NCBI GenBank assembly: GCA_003138485.1
Contig: PLGF01000135.1
Coordinates: forward strand, 104,656-168,655
DNA from: Verrucomicrobiales bacterium
Lineage (GTDB): Bacteria > Verrucomicrobiota > Verrucomicrobiia > Limisphaerales > Palsa-1400
Reading direction: 5' to 3'
DNA length: 64,000 bases
In this document: one piece after another, positions 47,963 through 56,487 of the stretch
Layout of the letters: the number at the start of each line of letters is the position of its first letter
How positions within the stretch are numbered: position 1 is the stretch's first letter
The notes under the pieces: generated by a model
Databases searched by the model: none
What the model was told of the DNA's origin: nothing
The model's input: only the letters and a program-made list of their open reading frames with translations
Program-made: the position numbers and the translations under genes

Positions 47963-48334
47963 ATGAGCAAGCCTCTGGCTCTCGTTTACTACGCCAATTT
48001 ATTGCCGGGCAGCCAGTTGGCCAACCGGCTGCGGGATTTGGGCTACAGCGTCCAGTCGTTGAACACCGTGGCGGCGCTGGCCCCGGCTTGCGAGCGGGAC
48101 AAACCCCTGCTGTTGGTGGCGGAATTGTCGCCGGCGGACCAGGTGTGCGCGGCGGTGGCGCAATTGAAATCCAACGCCGCCACCCAGCATATTTCGGTGC
48201 TGGCCTTTGCGGCTCCGCACGACGAGGCCATCCAGGCCAAAGCCCGGGAAGCCGGGGTCAATCTCCTGGCGGGCACCGCCGCGGTGGTTGAACATCTGCC
48301 CCAGTTGCTGGACCAAATCCTCAACGTCGAGTAA
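47963..48334 (+). CDS. stand-alone receiver-like (pseudo-receiver) domain protein
   Basis: Has the (beta-alpha)5 pattern of CheY-like domains. The acidic pair reads YY (LALVYYAN) and the phospho-acceptor position reads Glu (LLLVAELS, E54). Confidence 0.5.
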   Translation: MSKPLALVYYANLLPGSQLANRLRDLGYSVQSLNTVAALAPACERDKPLLLVAELSPADQVCAAVAQLKSNAATQHISVLAFAAPHDEAIQAKAREAGVNLLAGTAAVVEHLPQLLDQILNVE

Positions 48335-48606
48335 GCCCTTCCGAGTGCTCTCCTCATTGCCTTAAGCTCCGGCGGCATTGCGCCGATATGGTAGTGTCGC
48401 AGTACAGGTATGACGAGAGATGTAAATACGAGGCCTCAGAAGGGGTGTCGCCCGGCGCCGTCGCCGTGGGCATATCTCCTGGCTTTGCGCTTGCACCAAT
48501 GGAAGACCCGCCCCGCGCGGACTCCGTCATCCCCGCACAGCGACGGTTCGGGCATGGATGCCCGAACGCAGTCGGCAGTGCCGGTTAACGGCGAAAGGAC
48601 AGATAC

Positions 48607-50751
48607 ATGAACCACCCCATCGGGCCGCGCAACAATCGCATTCTGGTGATCGACGACAACCCTTCGATCCACGATGATTTTCGAAAGATCCTAAGCCCCT
48701 GGCCGGAAGACGCCCAGCCGGACTTCTTCGGCGAACCGCAAGCGGAAGTCAGACGCGTCGAATTTCAGGTGGATTGCGCCTCCCAAGGTGAGGAGGGGTT
48801 GAAAGCAATTCAGGTGGCTGCGGAGCGGGGTCAGCCTTATGCGATGGTGTTTGTCGATATGCGCATGCCGCCCGGCTGGGACGGGGTCGAGACGATCCGG
48901 CACATTTGGGCGCAGTATCCCGAAATGCAGGTGGTCATTTGCACGGCCTATTCCGAGATTTCCTGGGAGGAGCAGGTCCGTGAGATGAGCAAATCCGACA
49001 ACCTCCTGATCCTTAAAAAGCCTTTTGACAATATCGAGGTGCTGCAATTGGCCCACGCATTGACGCAGAAATGGAACCTTGCCCTGGAAGTCAACTGCCG
49101 CCTGCGCGACCTGGACGAACTGGTCAAACAACGCACCCTCGAACTGCAAACCACGAACGAGGAGTTGAAAAAGGAAAACCGCGAGCGCCGCCAGGCCGAG
49201 CAGGCGTTGCGCCGGTCGGAGGAACGTTTCTCCAAAGCCTTCAAGGCCAGCCCCATTCCGCTGGCCATCCTTTCCGCGGGCGAGCAGCTATTTGTCGATG
49301 CCAACCAGGGTTTCCTGGCTCTCACCGGCTATGGCGCGGGTGAATTGATCGGACGTTCCCCAGCCCATCTCAAACTCTGGGCCGGCTCGGAGGGCCAAGC
49401 CGCGTTGTCGGCGAAGGACCCCAGAGAGCTTTCCGTGCGCAATGTGCCGGGGCGGTTCCGCTCCAAAACCGGCCGGGTGGCAGACATCCTGCTTTCGGCG
49501 GAAATGATCGAATTGGACGGGCAATCGCATCTGCTTGTGACGGCCCAGGACATCACCGAGCAAATCCAGCTCCAGAACCAACTTCAGCAGGCGCGGAAGA
49601 TGGAGGCGGTGGGCCAGTTGGCGGCCGGTGTGGCGCATGATTTTAACAACATCCTCACGGTGGTGCAGGGGAACGCAAGCCTGCTGTTGACCATACGCGA
49701 CCCGGAAGGGGTGGAGGCCAAGTTGCTGCAAAGCATCTGCACCGCCGCCGAGCGCGCCAGCCGCCTGGTGCGCCAATTGCTGGCCTTCAGCCGCCAGCAA
49801 CCGCTGGAATTGCGCCCCGTCAACCTGCGCGAGACGCTGGCCACCGTCTCGGATATTCTCCCTCGCATTCTTACGGAGAGCGTCAAAGTCACCCTGCACG
49901 CGCCGCCCGGCCTGCCCGAAGTGAACGCGGATTCCGCGATGCTGGAAGCATTGATCATGAACCTGGCGTTCAACGCCCGCGATGCCATGCCCGAAGGCGG
50001 CCAATTGAAAATCGCGGTCGAAGCGGTGGAACTCACCGCTTCCAACACCGGTTCCAATCCGGACGCGCGGCCAGGCAACTTTGTCCGCCTGACGGTTAGC
50101 GACACCGGGACGGGCATAGCGCCGGAAGTCCTACCGCGCATCTTCGATCCTTTCTTCACGACCAAGCCGGTCGGCAAGGGAACGGGTTTGGGATTGGCGA
50201 CCGTTTATGGCATTGCCAGACAACATCAAGGCTGGGTGGAAGTCTCCAGCCAGGTGGGCGATGGCACGACGTTCCTGGTCTTTATGCCCGCTTTGAGTTC
50301 CCGGCAGCCGCGGTTGGCGCCCAAGGAGCCGCCGCCAAGCGCCACCAAGGCGGGGCGCGAGACCATTTTGGTGGTCGAGGATGAACCGGACCTGCGCGAT
50401 CTGGTGGCGCAGGTGCTCGAATCGCGCGATTACCGCGTCATTACGGCCGCCTCCGGCATGAAGGCTTTGGAAACTTGGGCTCAACGAATCGGAAAGATTG
50501 ACCTGCTCCTGACCGACATGGTCATGCCCGACGGCCTGACCGGCCGAAAACTGGCCGAGCGATTAAGGGGAGATGACCCGCGCTTGCGGGTGATTTTCAC
50601 CAGCGGCTATACCGCCGGCATGCCGGGATCGGACCTGGACAACGTCGAGCAATCCAATTTCCTGGCCAAACCTTACCGGCCCGCCACGCTTTTGCAAGTG
50701 GTCCGCGATTGCCTGGATCGGCCACTGACGCGGGCGGCCGCGCCGGCTTGA
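48607..50751 (+). CDS. hybrid sensor histidine kinase (REC-coiled coil-PAS-HisKA-HATPase-REC)
   Basis: ILVIDDNPS...FVDMRMP; H-box AAGVAHDFNNILT; N-box NLAFNARDAM; G-boxes DTGTGI and GKGTGLGL; C-terminal REC ILVVEDEPD...LLLTDMVMPDG. Confidence 0.85.
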   Translation: MNHPIGPRNNRILVIDDNPSIHDDFRKILSPWPEDAQPDFFGEPQAEVRRVEFQVDCASQGEEGLKAIQVAAERGQPYAMVFVDMRMPPGWDGVETIRHIWAQYPEMQVVICTAYSEISWEEQVREMSKSDNLLILKKPFDNIEVLQLAHALTQKWNLALEVNCRLRDLDELVKQRTLELQTTNEELKKENRERRQAEQALRRSEERFSKAFKASPIPLAILSAGEQLFVDANQGFLALTGYGAGELIGRSPAHLKLWAGSEGQAALSAKDPRELSVRNVPGRFRSKTGRVADILLSAEMIELDGQSHLLVTAQDITEQIQLQNQLQQARKMEAVGQLAAGVAHDFNNILTVVQGNASLLLTIRDPEGVEAKLLQSICTAAERASRLVRQLLAFSRQQPLELRPVNLRETLATVSDILPRILTESVKVTLHAPPGLPEVNADSAMLEALIMNLAFNARDAMPEGGQLKIAVEAVELTASNTGSNPDARPGNFVRLTVSDTGTGIAPEVLPRIFDPFFTTKPVGKGTGLGLATVYGIARQHQGWVEVSSQVGDGTTFLVFMPALSSRQPRLAPKEPPPSATKAGRETILVVEDEPDLRDLVAQVLESRDYRVITAASGMKALETWAQRIGKIDLLLTDMVMPDGLTGRKLAERLRGDDPRLRVIFTSGYTAGMPGSDLDNVEQSNFLAKPYRPATLLQVVRDCLDRPLTRAAAPA

Positions 50752-50809
50752 GCGGCCCGGCGCCGCCTTTGGGCACAAATCCTTGCCAAGAATCGAAATT
50801 TGGCATGAG

Positions 50810-51697
50810 ATGGCGGCGATCTGTGGCATAGTTGCCGCGGACCTTATGCAGTTTGGCCAATCGGACCCCGACACCGAAGCCGCCCCCCGACCCGGGCGGT
50901 TCGGACGTTTTTACCTTCAGGAGTTGATCAACCGCGGCGGGGTCTCCGAGGTTTGGACCGCGAGCGATCCCGAAGGCCGCGTCTTCGCGCTCCGGCGGAT
51001 GTGGGACAACCGGCTGCGCAACTTCGCGGAACGGAAACGATTCTTCCGCGGCTGCGAAGTCCTCTCCCAAATCCATCACAACGAATATGTGGTCAACTAC
51101 GTTGAACACGGCAAGATCCAAGGCGTGCCCTACTTGTTGATGGAATATGTGGCCGGCTCCAATCTCAAATTGCTCCTTTCCCGCGGGGACCAGGTCCTGG
51201 CCGAAAACGTCGCCCAAATCATCATCGACATGGCCCTGGGCCTGGAGCAGGTTCATGACAGCGGATTCATCCACCTGGACTTCAAGCCCGAGAACGTCCT
51301 GGTCACTCCCAACGCCAACGTGCGCCTGATCGACTTTGATCTGGCCCGGCCCAGACCGGAGCAGCCCCGCAGGCTCCCGGGCAATCCCGGCACGCCCGCC
51401 TACATGTCCCCGGAACGGTTGCAGCACCTGGAAGTGGACCAGCGGGCCGATATCTTCGCCCTCGGTGTCACGGCCTACGAAGTCCTCGCCGGCGCCAAAC
51501 CGTTCCCCGGAGACTCGCCCGACGAGATTCTGCGCAAACAACTGGGCCGCGAATTGACGCCGCCCCGCCAACTCAACCCCGAAATTCCGCCCGCCCTCGA
51601 GAAGGTCATTCTCAAATGCCTGGAGCCTGACATGGCCAACCGCTACCCCTACATGAGCGTAGTCGTCCGCGATTTGCAGGCGGCCCTCTACGTTTGA
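50810..51697 (+). CDS. soluble Ser/Thr-kinase-like protein with Arg in place of the beta3 (VAIK) Lys
   Basis: Kinase fold motifs HLDFKPENV, DFDLAR and YMSPER are present. The VAIK position reads FALR (R62, codon 50993-50995) and the Gly-loop is degenerate (NRGGVSEV). Confidence 0.7.
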   Translation: MAAICGIVAADLMQFGQSDPDTEAAPRPGRFGRFYLQELINRGGVSEVWTASDPEGRVFALRRMWDNRLRNFAERKRFFRGCEVLSQIHHNEYVVNYVEHGKIQGVPYLLMEYVAGSNLKLLLSRGDQVLAENVAQIIIDMALGLEQVHDSGFIHLDFKPENVLVTPNANVRLIDFDLARPRPEQPRRLPGNPGTPAYMSPERLQHLEVDQRADIFALGVTAYEVLAGAKPFPGDSPDEILRKQLGRELTPPRQLNPEIPPALEKVILKCLEPDMANRYPYMSVVVRDLQAALYV

Positions 51698-51777
51698 GGC
51701 GGAAAGGGCGGCGGGAAAAGTGATTTTTGTGCAACTTTATTGTTGCAATTCCGGCGGTGACGGTTCAGAAAAAGAGC

Positions 51778-52053
51778 ATGGCAAAGATCACCAAATCCAA
51801 GAGAAAACCCAGTGCGGCTTTTATGAAACCGGTCCAGCCGGACGAGAAGCTCGCTAAAGTTGTCGGCAGCACACCGCTTCCGCGAACCGAACTCACCAAG
51901 AAGCTTTGGGTCTATATTCGCAAGAATGGCCTGCAAGACAAAAAGGTCAGAACCCAAATCAATGCGGATGAGAACCTGCAAGCCGTCTTTGGCGGCAAGA
52001 AGCAGGTGAGCATGTTCGAGATGACCAAGCTGGTCTCCGGGCACCTCTCCTAA
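51778..52053 (+). CDS. SWIB/MDM2-domain protein
   Basis: LPRTELTKKLWVYIRKNGLQDKKVRTQINADENLQAVFGGKKQVSMFEMTKLVSGHL matches the SWIB domain signature. Confidence 0.85.
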   Translation: MAKITKSKRKPSAAFMKPVQPDEKLAKVVGSTPLPRTELTKKLWVYIRKNGLQDKKVRTQINADENLQAVFGGKKQVSMFEMTKLVSGHLS

Positions 52054-52093
52054 ATCCGCCCGCATATCGTCCCAATGGCGCCAGCCGCCCCCG

Positions 52094-52115
52094 AAAAAAA
52101 CGGGCTGCTGGCCCG
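52094..52115 (-). terminator. weak intrinsic terminator (minus strand)
   Basis: The minus strand reads CGGGC-CAGCA-GCCCG followed by T7. The U-tail exists only on the minus strand. Confidence 0.45.
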
Positions 52116-52310
52116 CTGGTCCCCCAACGCAGCCGGCTGAAACGGTCCTGAACCAGGCACCTGCCGCGCCTTTCTTTGCGCTGACGCAAAGGCTGGGGTG
52201 TTTCTTTTCCGCGCGCTGTCGCTGAAAAGAAACGGGGCCCAGATGTTGAGCTCATCCGGACCCCGCCCAAACCGCACACGCGGGTTGGTGAGACACGCAC
52301 TTGCGATTGA

Positions 52311-52326
52311 TGCAAGAGGTGTGCCA
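52311..52326 (-). promoter_or_regulatory. sigma-54 (-24/-12) promoter candidate with no downstream CDS
   Basis: The minus strand reads TGGCAC-acctc-TTGCA with exact spacing. It lies in a 677-bp non-coding stretch. Confidence 0.5.
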
Positions 52327-52482
52327 ATGTCATTCTTGCTACAATGCCTGATAACCAAGGCGACGGCCCCTCTCAAGCCTGAGCAATCGCCTTTCCAACC
52401 TCGGCGCCTGGCCCCCTTATGGCACCGCAGCATGTTGATTATTAGCTGGTTGTGAATGCCCAGGCACCCATGATGAAAGCTG

Positions 52483-52606
52483 GAATGACTAATGTCTAAG
52501 CCCCAATGACGAAGGAATGACGAAGCCCTAAATGACTAAAACGGCCATTTCGTAATTGAGTCATTTGGAAATTCTTTCGTCATTCAGGCTTCGACATTCG
52601 TCATTT
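52483..52606. repeat. cluster of inverted AATGAC(G/T)AA motifs
   Basis: Forward copies at 52484, 52505, 52516 and 52531, plus the variant AATGTCTAA at 52491. Reverse copies (TTCGTCATT and similar) at 52548 (variant), 52557 (variant), 52576 and 52597. Confidence 0.6.
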
Positions 52607-52730
52607 TCTCTCCGCGGCATGTGGGCTTGCCGTTGACCGCATCGCCTTATGTCCAAGAGTTGAGATCTGGCGAGGGATGGGGAGAGCGCGCTTGACCTTT
52701 GGCCCGGCGGAAACTAGCCTAAAGCCGGTT

Positions 52731-52806
52731 GGTGGCTATAGCTCAATGGTAGAGTCCAAGCTTGTGGAGCTTGTTGTTGCGGGTTCGAGTCCCGTTGGCC
52801 ACCCCA
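52731..52806 (+). tRNA. tRNA-His (GTG)
   Basis: Hand-folded cloverleaf. Encoded G-1 (52731) lies opposite discriminator C73. Acceptor GTGGCTA/TGGCCAC, D arm GCTC/GAGT, anticodon stem CAAGC/GCTTG with loop TTGTGGA, T arm GCGGG-TTCGAGT-CCCGT, and an encoded CCA. Confidence 0.9.
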
Positions 52807-53038
52807 CCCTCCAAATTTGAGCATTTTTGTCAGTGGAATAAATGTCTGACCGCCCCGGACAGCCTTTCCAGCAGAAACTGCGCGGACATGCTTAATAGTT
52901 TGATGATGGTCAGAGTAGTGCGACCGACGCCACGCTGCTGGGGCGGCCCGGCATATTTGTTTCCGCCTCAGTCGGATACTCTTGCTGCCGCCTTTTGCGT
53001 TGCCTGTGACGCGCAATTCGCTTAAAACGGGTTCAGCC

Positions 53039-53593
53039 ATGTCCGACGTCACCCAATTGCTCAGCGCCATCGAAGCGGGCGATCCACAAGCCGCCGACCA
53101 ATTGCTCCCTCTGGTCTATGAAGAACTGCGAAGGCTGGCGTTCTTGAAAATGGCCCAAGAGAAACCAGGCCAGACCCTGCAAGCTACGGCATTGGTCCAC
53201 GAAGCTTGGTTACGACTGGCTGGTTCGAATCATCAACAATGGCGCGGACGTTCCCATTACTTCGGGGCTGCCGCCGAGGCCATGCGGCGCATTCTTATTG
53301 ACAAGGCCCGGCACAAGGCCAGTTTGAAAGGCGGCCTCGATCATCCGCTCGAGGAACTTCACGAATCCAGAATCGAGCTGGCTGCTCCGTCGGATGAAAT
53401 CCTGGCTGTGCATGAAGCCCTTGATGCCCTGGCCGCCGAGGACGCCACTGCCGCTGAAGTGGTCAAGCTGCGCTATTTCGTGGGCATGACGATTCCTGAA
53501 ATCGCCGAGGCCTTGGAAATATCCCCGCGGAGCGCCGATCGGCACTGGGTCTTTGCCCGGGCGTGGCTCAAAGGCGCCATCCGGGGCGGCTAG
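53039..53593 (+). CDS. ECF sigma factor, paralogue of 36713-37270
   Basis: QLLPLVYEELRRLAFLKM...LQATALVHEAWLRL...HYFGAAAEAMRRILIDKAR...EVVKLRYFVGM. Confidence 0.85.
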   Translation: MSDVTQLLSAIEAGDPQAADQLLPLVYEELRRLAFLKMAQEKPGQTLQATALVHEAWLRLAGSNHQQWRGRSHYFGAAAEAMRRILIDKARHKASLKGGLDHPLEELHESRIELAAPSDEILAVHEALDALAAEDATAAEVVKLRYFVGMTIPEIAEALEISPRSADRHWVFARAWLKGAIRGG

Positions 53594-53666
53594 TCGTCAA
53601 GAAAATTGAATTCCCGTGGCGTGATTTACCGGCCGATTGCGCCATTGCTTGGTAACAGGACATAAG

Positions 53667-54344
53667 ATGAACGAATCAGACTCATTCAAGAACCGGCCGG
53701 AGAAAGAGATTTTCTTCGAGGCGCTGGACAAGAATAGCCCGGAGGAACGCGCCGCCTTTTTGGACGGCGCCTGCGGCAAGAAACCCGCGCTGCGGGCGCG
53801 GGTGGAAGCCCTCCTGGTCAATCATTTTCACCAGGACGCCTTCATGAAGAAGCCCGCCGTGGAAGGGGAGCGTCCCACCATCAAAATATCCCCAACTTCA
53901 GAAGCGCCGGGAACGATGATTGGGCGCTACAAGCTGCTGGAACTAATTGGCGAGGGCGGCTTCGGCTCCGTCTGGATGGCCGAGCAGCAAGAACCCGTGC
54001 ATCGTCGCGTGGCGCTCAAAGTTATCAAGCCGGGGATGGACACCAAGCAAGTGCTGGCCCGCTTCGAATCTGAGCGGCAGGCCCTCGCCATGATGGACCA
54101 TCCGAGCATCGCCGGAGGCGATATGAGACCGCCAACGGCTTGGCGATGGATATCCAACGGCACTTGCAAAACGAACCGGTCACCGCCTGTCCGCCGGGCA
54201 ATTTCTATCGCTTTCAGAAAATGGTGCGTCGGAACAAGCTGGCTTTTGCCGCCGCCAGCGCCGTAATCGCCTCGCTGGTCATCGGTTTGGGCGTGTCCAC
54301 CTGGATGTTCGTTCAGGAGAAGAAGGCCCATCAACAGACCCTGG
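53667..54344 (+). pseudogene. decayed ECF-associated Ser/Thr kinase (internal deletion plus frameshifts)
   Basis: Frame 0 encodes the N-terminal helical region and the N-lobe up to ...MMDHPSIA, then runs into nonsense and a stop at 54264-54266. From about 54119, frame 2 encodes RYETANGLAMDIQRHLQNEPV...RFQKMVRRNKLAFAAASAVIASLVIGLGVSTWMF, i.e. the end of the kinase domain plus the TM helix. About 220 aa of catalytic core are missing relative to the paralogue at 37331-39538. Confidence 0.7.
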
Positions 54345-56159
54345 ATGCCGAACGTGAGCAGCGGCGATCAACTTCAGACACTGGCCGGCCACTCGAATTA
54401 CGTGAATTGCGTCGCCTACTCGCCGGATGGCGCGATGCTGGCCTCCGGCAGCTCCGATCACACGGTGAAACTCTGGAATGCAAGTTCGGGCGAACTCCTG
54501 GCCACTTGCATGGGCCATTCCAACGCGGTCAGGTCGGTGGCTTTTTCGCCGGATGGAAGGTACTTTGCCAGCGCGGGTGAGGACCGATTGGTTCGATTAT
54601 GGGATGCCCAGACGCATCAGATCGTTCTAACCATCACAAACCACGCACCGTACGCCCTGGCATTCTCTGACCGCTATTTGGCGCTGGCGACCAGTGGTGA
54701 CTTCTGGGGTTACGATGGCGGTGTCGTTCAAATTTGGAACTACACAAACGGTCAAATGGTGGCGGAATTGCCAGAGTCTGGCAACCGGGCGGCATTTTCT
54801 CCTGATGGGAAGATTCTTGCGACCGCCAATTGGCGGGGATGGGTCAAACTATGGAACCTCGACGATCTCAAGCCGTTCAAGTCCTTTCACTCCCAAGAGG
54901 TCCTTTCCCTGGCCTTTTCGCGCGATGGACTCACCTTGGCTTGGGGTACGGGTCTTGGAGACATAGGGCTTTGGGAGTTAAATCAGGATCGGCCAACTAT
55001 CCACCACAAAAGCAACTTCAGAGTTTATGCCGTCGCCCTCTCGCCAGACGGGCGACATTTGGCCTCGGCACACCAGACGCACGACATCACTCTATGGGAC
55101 ATCCAAAGCGGTCAAATAATACAGAGGCTGCTTGGACATGGTGACCAGGTCTTGGCGGTGGCGTTTTCAGCGGATGGCACGCTGGCCTCCGGCAGTTTTG
55201 ATGACAAGGTCATGCTTTGGACACCTTTCATCGCAAAAGAACAAACGGTCATCTCCAACATCAAGACGCCGCGCTGGGATAGAGTTGGACTGCCGGTTTT
55301 TTCGCCGGATGGAAAACGCTTTGCGGCTGCCACCGTTAACGGTTTCGTTCGGCTTTGGGACATTGCCACCGGACAAGCCGATAGAGGGACAAACATGGAT
55401 GGCCTCCCGGTTGCCTTTTCGGCCGATGGCAGGAGTCTGTTCACGCGAAACGGATCGTTCAAGCTGCTGCGAAGGTGGGATGTATCAACGCAATCGCTGA
55501 TCGAGTCCACCGCGGTTATGACACCAAATGACGGGAACTACGACTCCGCGGTGTCGCCCGACGGCAAACTGGTTGCCACGTCCCACAACGGCAGAATTGT
55601 CTTGAATGATCTCATCACGGGCCAATTGGTGTGCGCGCTTCCACAAACCTCGATTGCCCGATGTGTCAGCTTTTCGGCGGACAGCGCGAAGCTTCTCGCA
55701 GGGAATTGGGATGGAGTGGCCAGACTTTGGGATGTGAAGACGCGCCAACTTGTTTGGACTTCACCCGGTTTCAGAAACACTGTTGGAGCAGTCGCTTTCT
55801 CCGCCAACGGCGTCTTTGCGGCCGGAAGCTGGGACGGAACGATCAAGATTTGGGACGCAAATGCCGACAAGGTACTCGCAACCTTGACTGGACACAAAGC
55901 AGGTGTGATCCAACTGGCCTTTTCCAGCGATGGGCGCACCTTGGCCAGCGGCAGCGATGATAGCACGGTGAAACTATGGAATCTGGCGATTGGTTGCGAG
56001 GTAATTACGTTTAAGACCGATGTCCCCCAGTACTATGTCACGTTTTCCCCCGATGATAAAATCCTGGCGACGGGCGGGGGCGACGGAAAAGTCCACTTCT
56101 GGCACGCAGCATCCCTGGCGGAAATTGCCCAGACCGAAAAAGCGGACACAGAACAATGA
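54345..56159 (+). CDS. WD40-repeat protein (about 14 repeats), probably the detached C-terminus of the decayed kinase
   Basis: Repeats such as GHSNYVNCVAYSPDG, GHSNAVRSVAFSPDG, GHGDQVLAVAFSADG and GHKAGVIQLAFSSDG. An intact 604-codon ORF with its own ATG. Confidence 0.75.
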   Translation: MPNVSSGDQLQTLAGHSNYVNCVAYSPDGAMLASGSSDHTVKLWNASSGELLATCMGHSNAVRSVAFSPDGRYFASAGEDRLVRLWDAQTHQIVLTITNHAPYALAFSDRYLALATSGDFWGYDGGVVQIWNYTNGQMVAELPESGNRAAFSPDGKILATANWRGWVKLWNLDDLKPFKSFHSQEVLSLAFSRDGLTLAWGTGLGDIGLWELNQDRPTIHHKSNFRVYAVALSPDGRHLASAHQTHDITLWDIQSGQIIQRLLGHGDQVLAVAFSADGTLASGSFDDKVMLWTPFIAKEQTVISNIKTPRWDRVGLPVFSPDGKRFAAATVNGFVRLWDIATGQADRGTNMDGLPVAFSADGRSLFTRNGSFKLLRRWDVSTQSLIESTAVMTPNDGNYDSAVSPDGKLVATSHNGRIVLNDLITGQLVCALPQTSIARCVSFSADSAKLLAGNWDGVARLWDVKTRQLVWTSPGFRNTVGAVAFSANGVFAAGSWDGTIKIWDANADKVLATLTGHKAGVIQLAFSSDGRTLASGSDDSTVKLWNLAIGCEVITFKTDVPQYYVTFSPDDKILATGGGDGKVHFWHAASLAEIAQTEKADTEQ

Positions 56160-56184
56160 GATGAGGATTACCTGGAGGAGAATT

Positions 56185-56400
56185 ATGAGCGAAGAAAAAG
56201 AACAGATTATTGAAAAGAAGCAGACGGAGGCAGAAACGCCGCACCAACACGTCGCAAAGACCGTTAGGACGATTGGCATTTGTGCTTTGGCCACTTTCTG
56301 CCTTGGCTCAATCCAATCACCGTGGCCCGCCGCCGTTGCCAGTTGTGGCTTATCCATAATGGGGGTGGGTGTTGCCTATGTAATGCTGCGTCGCCCCTAG
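56185..56400 (+). CDS. small membrane protein (71 aa), hypothetical
   Basis: A GGAGGAG RBS lies 5 nt upstream of the ATG. The N-terminus is charged and two hydrophobic segments follow. Confidence 0.4.
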   Translation: MSEEKEQIIEKKQTEAETPHQHVAKTVRTIGICALATFCLGSIQSPWPAAVASCGLSIMGVGVAYVMLRRP

Positions 56401-56487
56401 CCATGGAAGCTCAGAGCGGTATTATAGACACACACCTAAATCATGGAAGGAATTTGAACCTCTGGCTGGCCGGCTTGTTGTTGCGAC

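Noticed and set aside
52094-52115. The hairpin considered as the terminator of the + strand SWIB gene.
   Set aside because: On the + strand the A7 run precedes the stem and no U-tail follows it. The orientation fits only a minus-strand terminator.
52714-53070. ORFs 52714-53070(-) and 52762-53025(+), which overlap the tRNA-His gene.
   Set aside because: They run through a well-folding tRNA and have no coding features.
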